From Deltaproteobacteria bacterium RBG_13_49_15 (lineage in GTDB: Bacteria > Desulfobacterota > Desulfobacteria > Desulfobacterales > UBA2156): DNA of 29,507 bases. Each line of letters begins with the position of its first letter. Position 1 is the first letter of the stretch. Location of the stretch: contig MGQD01000056.1 in assembly GCA_001797695.1 (NCBI GenBank), positions 1 through 29,507 of the forward strand, given 5' to 3'. The translations under genes were made by a program, and so were the position numbers. The notes below the pieces were generated by a model, which made no database searches, was not told where the DNA came from, and saw only the letters and a program-made list of their open reading frames with translations. Shown in pieces: positions 25,590 through 29,507 of this stretch.

Positions 25590-26810
25590 TTAGAGCATGA
25601 GCGAAGGCTCCTCGATCATATCCTTTACTGTTTTTAGAAAGGATGCTCCGGGCGTTCCATCGATAATCCGGTGATCGAAAGTCAAGGATAGCGCCATACG
25701 CTGTTCCGCCACGACTGCGCCGTTTTTAATCACGGGTTTTGGTAAAATCCGTCCCACCCCTAATATGGCGCTTTCCGGCGGATTGACGATCGGTGTAAAG
25801 TTATCAATGTCCCACGCTCCGAGGTTGGTCAGGGTAAATGTCCCCATCGTGAGATCATCCAAAGACAATCTATTGGCTTTGGCCGCCTCGATAAGCCGTT
25901 CCAGGTCCGCCGCGATTTCCCGAATAGTTTTGGTCTCGGCATAGCGAACCTTTGGCACAATGAGACCTTTCCCGAAATCCATCGCCACACCGACATGGAT
26001 CTGACTCCAGATTTTAATGACTTCGCCGCTGACGCCGGCATTGACCATCGGATGCTGCTTCAACGCTTGGGCGATTATTTTTACAATGATGGCATTATAA
26101 GGGATTTTGTCTTCCAAGGCGGAGATCCGTTGGCGGATCCGGATCAGCGCTTCGGCGGATGCTTCGGTATGCAAGGTCAGTTGTGCTTGTGTGGAAAGGC
26201 TTAAATGCATATTCTTGAAAATCACCTTTCGAATTCCCGTAATGGGGATTTCCCGGGCCGCGCTTAAAAGTTCGCCTGCTGCCGGCGACTGCATCGGGGC
26301 GGCTTGGACTGGAACCCCCTTTTCAAGCGCCTTGAGGATATCGGCTCGTATGATCCTTCCGCCAGGTCCTGTACCCCGGATACCGGCGAGATTCATCCCA
26401 TGGGTTTTGGCCATGGCGCGGGCCACAGGAGATGCTTTGAATCGACCCTGGGGTTCCACTGGTGCGGCTGCTCCTGAGGTGTCCGTTCCAGTTGCCTGGG
26501 CCGCCTCCTCGACCTCTTTCGGGGCGGCTGTTTCTACCGCCGGATGCTGTGCGGCCAATTTCTCAAGTTCGTCCTTGTCTGCCGCTAGATACCCCACGAT
26601 CTGTCCCACGACCACTCGGGTTCCTGCGGGTATTACCGGGTGGAGCAATCCGTCTCCCGGCGAGGGCATCTCGAAGGTAACCTTGTCGGTTTCGATTACC
26701 AGCACGATTTCGTCTTTTTTAATCATTTGGGCGGAAGCAAATTTCCAACAAACAAGGGCTGCTTCTTCCATTGTGAGCCCCAGTTTCGGTATCTGTATTT
26801 CGATTGCCAT
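25590..26810 (-). CDS. acoC: Dihydrolipoamide acyltransferase (E2; lipoyl, subunit-binding and catalytic domains)
   Basis: IPKLGLTMEEA, IETDKV (lipoyl Lys), ASPVARAMA...GTGPGGRI, FTLTNLG, DHRIIDG. acoC versus pdhC inferred from the E1 type. Confidence 0.85.
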   Translation of the reverse strand: MAIEIQIPKLGLTMEEAALVCWKFASAQMIKKDEIVLVIETDKVTFEMPSPGDGLLHPVIPAGTRVVVGQIVGYLAADKDELEKLAAQHPAVETAAPKEVEEAAQATGTDTSGAAAPVEPQGRFKASPVARAMAKTHGMNLAGIRGTGPGGRIIRADILKALEKGVPVQAAPMQSPAAGELLSAAREIPITGIRKVIFKNMHLSLSTQAQLTLHTEASAEALIRIRQRISALEDKIPYNAIIVKIIAQALKQHPMVNAGVSGEVIKIWSQIHVGVAMDFGKGLIVPKVRYAETKTIREIAADLERLIEAAKANRLSLDDLTMGTFTLTNLGAWDIDNFTPIVNPPESAILGVGRILPKPVIKNGAVVAEQRMALSLTFDHRIIDGTPGASFLKTVKDMIEEPSLML

Positions 26811-26826
26811 GCGTGCCTTCCTTCCT

Positions 26827-27810
26827 TTATCGGTAGCAAACGGTTTTCACGGACTGGATCACGTCGGCCGGCTTGGGTATAACGAAATCCTCTAAAACCG
26901 GGGAAAACGGTATGGGCACGTCCTTGGCTGCAACCCTCAGGACCGGAGCGTCCAGGTCATCAAATAGCTCGGCCTGGATCCGGGCGACTAACTCGGCGCC
27001 GAAACCGCCTGTCAGACAGGCTTCGTGCACGACAACCGCGCGGTTGGTTTTTTTTATCGATATGGCGATCGTGTTCATATCGAGGGGCTTTAAGGTTCGC
27101 AGATCTATCACTTCAGCCTCGATCCCTTGTTCGGCAAGCTGCGAGGCAGCATCCATACAAATGAAAAAACCGGAACCGTAGGTCAGCAGGCTGACATCTT
27201 TTCCTTCCCGTTTAACCGCCGCTTTGCCGAGTGGAATGATAAATTCCGGGTTGTCGGGCACCAGCCCCTCCCGCCGGAAGAGACGTTTGTGCTGAAAAAA
27301 CATCACCGGGTTATCGTCCCGGATAGAAGCCTTTATAAGACCTTTGACATCAGCCGCTTCAGACGGCACTACCACTTTGAGGCCGGGAGTGTGAACGAAC
27401 CACGCTTCTAAAGATTGGCTGTGCTGGGCGGCGGCCCGCAATCCTGCTCCGTCCGGACACCAAACCACCAGCGGCAGTTTGACCTGGCCGCCGAACATGT
27501 AACGGATCTTGGCCGCCTGATTGCAGAGTTCATCCATGCCGCAGGTGACAAAATCCGAAAAATGGAAATCCACAATAGGACGCATACCGGTCAACGCAGC
27601 CCCGACGCCGCAGCCGGCAATGCAGGTCTCGCTGATAGGGGTATCGATAATCCGGCTGGGATATTTTTCGGGGATCCCCTTGAATTGACCGAAAATGCCG
27701 GCATGCGCGGTCAGATCTTCGCCTACGATGAAGATGGTTTCGTCCCTTTCCATCTCTTCCAAAAGGGCTTCCGCCAGGGCTGCAGATGCACTCATCATTC
27801 GATCAGACAT
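26827..27810 (-). CDS. acoB: TPP-dependent dehydrogenase E1 beta subunit (AcoB/PdhB-like)
   Basis: GEDL, IIDTPISE, GMRP, AAQHSQSLEAWF...PGLKVV, IDLRTLKPLD. Confidence 0.85.
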   Translation of the reverse strand: MSDRMMSASAALAEALLEEMERDETIFIVGEDLTAHAGIFGQFKGIPEKYPSRIIDTPISETCIAGCGVGAALTGMRPIVDFHFSDFVTCGMDELCNQAAKIRYMFGGQVKLPLVVWCPDGAGLRAAAQHSQSLEAWFVHTPGLKVVVPSEAADVKGLIKASIRDDNPVMFFQHKRLFRREGLVPDNPEFIIPLGKAAVKREGKDVSLLTYGSGFFICMDAASQLAEQGIEAEVIDLRTLKPLDMNTIAISIKKTNRAVVVHEACLTGGFGAELVARIQAELFDDLDAPVLRVAAKDVPIPFSPVLEDFVIPKPADVIQSVKTVCYR

Positions 27811-27822
27811 GGTTGGTCTCCT

Positions 27823-28791
27823 TTATGCATTTACGAAAAGGTCTTCTAAAGCCTCCTCCGGCTTGGGGAATGGGCTGTTCTTGGCGAATTCGAGGGCCTC
27901 ATCCAGTTCGGATTTCACCTCGTCCCAAATTGTTTTGGATTTTTTTCCGGTAAGAATCCGGTCTTTAACAAGGAGCTGTTCGAAACGGGCGATCGGATCG
28001 TTTTCTTTCTGCCAGGTTATGACTTCAGCCTGGTTGCGGTATTTTTGAGGATCACCCTCAAAATGCCCTCGCACCCGGTAGGTTTTGTTTTCGATCATGG
28101 TCGGACCTTCTCCGCTCCGGGCTCTTGATATTGCTTCAAGAGCAGCTTTCCTGACAGCGATCACATCGTTTCCATCCACGCCGATTCCCGGCATATTGTA
28201 GGCAGCGGCCCGCTGACAGAGGTCCCTTAAAGAGCAGGAATACCCCTGAGGCGTGGTGGATGCATACTGATTGTTTTCAACCACAAAGATCACCGGGAGT
28301 TTCCAGATGGAAGCCATGTTCATTGCTTCATGCACCGGTCCGCGGTTCGAAGCGCCGTCCCCGAAAAAAACCACGGCAACCTGGTCGGTTTTGCGCAGCT
28401 TGATGGATAAACCGGCGCCGGTAATAAGCGGGAGGCCGCCGGCCACAACACCGTTGGCGCCGATGATTCCAATGGAGAAATCGGCGATGTGCATGGAGCC
28501 TCCTTTTCCTTTGCAATATCCGGTGACTTTACCGAACAACTCGGCCGTCATCCGTTTCAGGTCCGCTCCCTTAGCGATCAGATGACCATGTCCCCGATGG
28601 GTGGTGGCTACGTAGTCGACCGGGCGCAGGCATGAGCAGACCCCGACGCTGGAGGCTTCCTGGCCGATGGACAGGTGGATGAATCCGGGGATCTGACCGG
28701 CAGCAAAATGCTCGCCGGCCATGGTTTCGAACTGGCGGATGGTGACCATGGTCCGGTACATCGATAAAAGGGTTTTTTTCTCAGAGGTCAT
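27823..28791 (-). CDS. acoA: TPP-dependent dehydrogenase E1 alpha subunit (AcoA-like)
   Basis: PGFIHLSIGQEA, THRGHGH, GGSMHIAD, GDG...NN TPP motif, YRVRGHFEGD (GHFEGD is typical of acetoin dehydrogenase, where PDH has GHSMSD); ATG 28791 follows SD aaggag. Confidence 0.85.
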   Translation of the reverse strand: MTSEKKTLLSMYRTMVTIRQFETMAGEHFAAGQIPGFIHLSIGQEASSVGVCSCLRPVDYVATTHRGHGHLIAKGADLKRMTAELFGKVTGYCKGKGGSMHIADFSIGIIGANGVVAGGLPLITGAGLSIKLRKTDQVAVVFFGDGASNRGPVHEAMNMASIWKLPVIFVVENNQYASTTPQGYSCSLRDLCQRAAAYNMPGIGVDGNDVIAVRKAALEAISRARSGEGPTMIENKTYRVRGHFEGDPQKYRNQAEVITWQKENDPIARFEQLLVKDRILTGKKSKTIWDEVKSELDEALEFAKNSPFPKPEEALEDLFVNA

Positions 28792-28848
28792 ACGGAATCT
28801 CCTTTTTCTTTCCTGAATCATTAAAGCTTTATTCTATCAAACCCTTTA

Positions 28849-28869
28849 AACCCGATTTCAACTCGGGTT
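28849..28869. repeat. Intergenic stem-loop between DUF296 gene and E1 alpha
   Basis: aacccga-tttcaac-tcgggtt, 7-bp stem. Confidence 0.6.
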
Positions 28870-28894
28870 GTTTTCAGGCAATCTGAAATGCTAC

Positions 28895-29374
28895 CTAGAT
28901 ATTCGCTTTGGCAGGGATGAGAAGTTTCATCTCCACTTCCGGGTCATACTGATGCAAGATCCTCAATCCTTCCAACTGATGCATCATTATTTCACAAGTA
29001 ATAAGGACAGGGCACTCTCCTTTGATTAAATGACCTCCATGGGCATTTCCCCGGCTATCGCTGAACACCCCATGAACATGGATGAAAAGATTCTCATTGT
29101 CATCTATACCGATACTCCCTTGAGCTGAAATGAGCTCCAAGGGTCCTTCCATCGAGATCGGCTCGCTGTAACCGCCTCCCATTTTGTTTTTCATTGGAAC
29201 AACGGAAAAAAAAGAGGCCCGCTGAAGACTTCCGATACAAGCTGTGATAGAACCGCTTCGTATTTTGAGATTTTTACAAACCCCTGAGATCCCCTCGATG
29301 ATGTCTGAGCCAGGATGAAGTCTGATCATCACCGGTTTTGAATGAGACCCTTGTTGGTATGTCGCTTTAACCAT
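28895..29374 (-). CDS. DUF296 / PPC-domain protein
   Basis: IRLHPGSDIIEGI, CIGSL, ELISAQGSI, HVHGVFSD..G..HGGHL signature. Confidence 0.9.
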   Translation of the reverse strand: MVKATYQQGSHSKPVMIRLHPGSDIIEGISGVCKNLKIRSGSITACIGSLQRASFFSVVPMKNKMGGGYSEPISMEGPLELISAQGSIGIDDNENLFIHVHGVFSDSRGNAHGGHLIKGECPVLITCEIMMHQLEGLRILHQYDPEVEMKLLIPAKANI

Positions 29375-29412
29375 CCTCTTTTCCTTTTTGCATATGCAGT
29401 GAAGACCTGTTC

Positions 29413-29507
29413 CTAAATCATGAGTCCTCCGCCATTGGAGTCAATAGAGGCTCCTGTAATGTTTACGGCGAAGTCGCTCACCAGAAATCCGATCGTCCAT
29501 GCCTGCT
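29413..29507 (-). CDS. C-terminal fragment of a short-chain dehydrogenase/reductase (SDR), truncated by window edge; not in supplied track
   Basis: Hand translation from 29505 gives QAWTIGFLVSDFAVNITGASIDSNGGGLMI*, matching the classical SDR C-terminal FL.SD.A..ITG..I...GG motif. Confidence 0.75.
   Translation of the reverse strand, partial: QAWTIGFLVSDFAVNITGASIDSNGGGLMI

Noticed and set aside
7588-27849. Long alternative-frame and antisense ORFs in the track (e.g. 7588-8316, 8726-9385, 10313-11089, 11029-11730, 26107-26895, 27415-27849)
   Set aside because: They are shadows of well-supported genes on the other strand and show no motifs.
29417-29444. TTGACT...CATGAT promoter-like pattern and GGAGG-ATG-ATT-TAG mini-ORF on the minus strand
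   Set aside because: Both lie inside the SDR coding tail (codons for IDS...GGLMI*).
1-29507. CRISPR array, rRNA, tRNA (including tRNA-Sec), intact transposase, integrase or prophage genes
   Set aside because: No regularly spaced repeats or matching motifs were seen on either strand.

Overview
Chromosomal segment, probably from an anaerobic Desulfobacterota (Desulfobacterales-like) organism; this is inferred from selA, the cobA-hemD fusion, the multiheme cytochrome c and the CCG-domain protein. The left two-thirds is mostly housekeeping: partial yggT, pilT, pilU-like, Zn-ribbon protein, MBL hydrolase, atypical Rieske protein, response regulator, pyrF, lipid kinase, selA, degenerate GGDEF-TPR, gmhA, DHS-like protein, sugar isomerase-like TIM barrel, FmdB-type Zn ribbon, hemC, cobA/hemD, BASS transporter, aldo/keto reductase and lipBA. 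The right third (19.6-29.5 kb, minus strand) is one tightly packed putative operon: partial SDR, DUF296/PPC, acetoin-dehydrogenase-type E1alpha/E1beta/E2/E3, a signal-peptide decaheme cytochrome c fused to a NarI/DsrM-like cytochrome b, an orphan GcvH/LbpA-like lipoyl carrier, an HdrD-like 2x[4Fe-4S]/2xCCG protein and a lipoate ligase. This is the best candidate for an undescribed system: a lipoyl-dithiol-linked, membrane-bound Hdr-like electron conduit attached to a 2-oxoacid/acetoin dehydrogenase. Items absent from the supplied ORF track: a 31-aa single-TM protein (5657-5752), the SDR C-terminus at the right edge, and a promoter-fronted structured ~120-nt element ending in an IS200/IS605-like right-end hairpin (4956-5079). 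No rRNA, tRNA, CRISPR array or intact transposase was seen. All family calls come from motif recognition by eye; no database searches were run.
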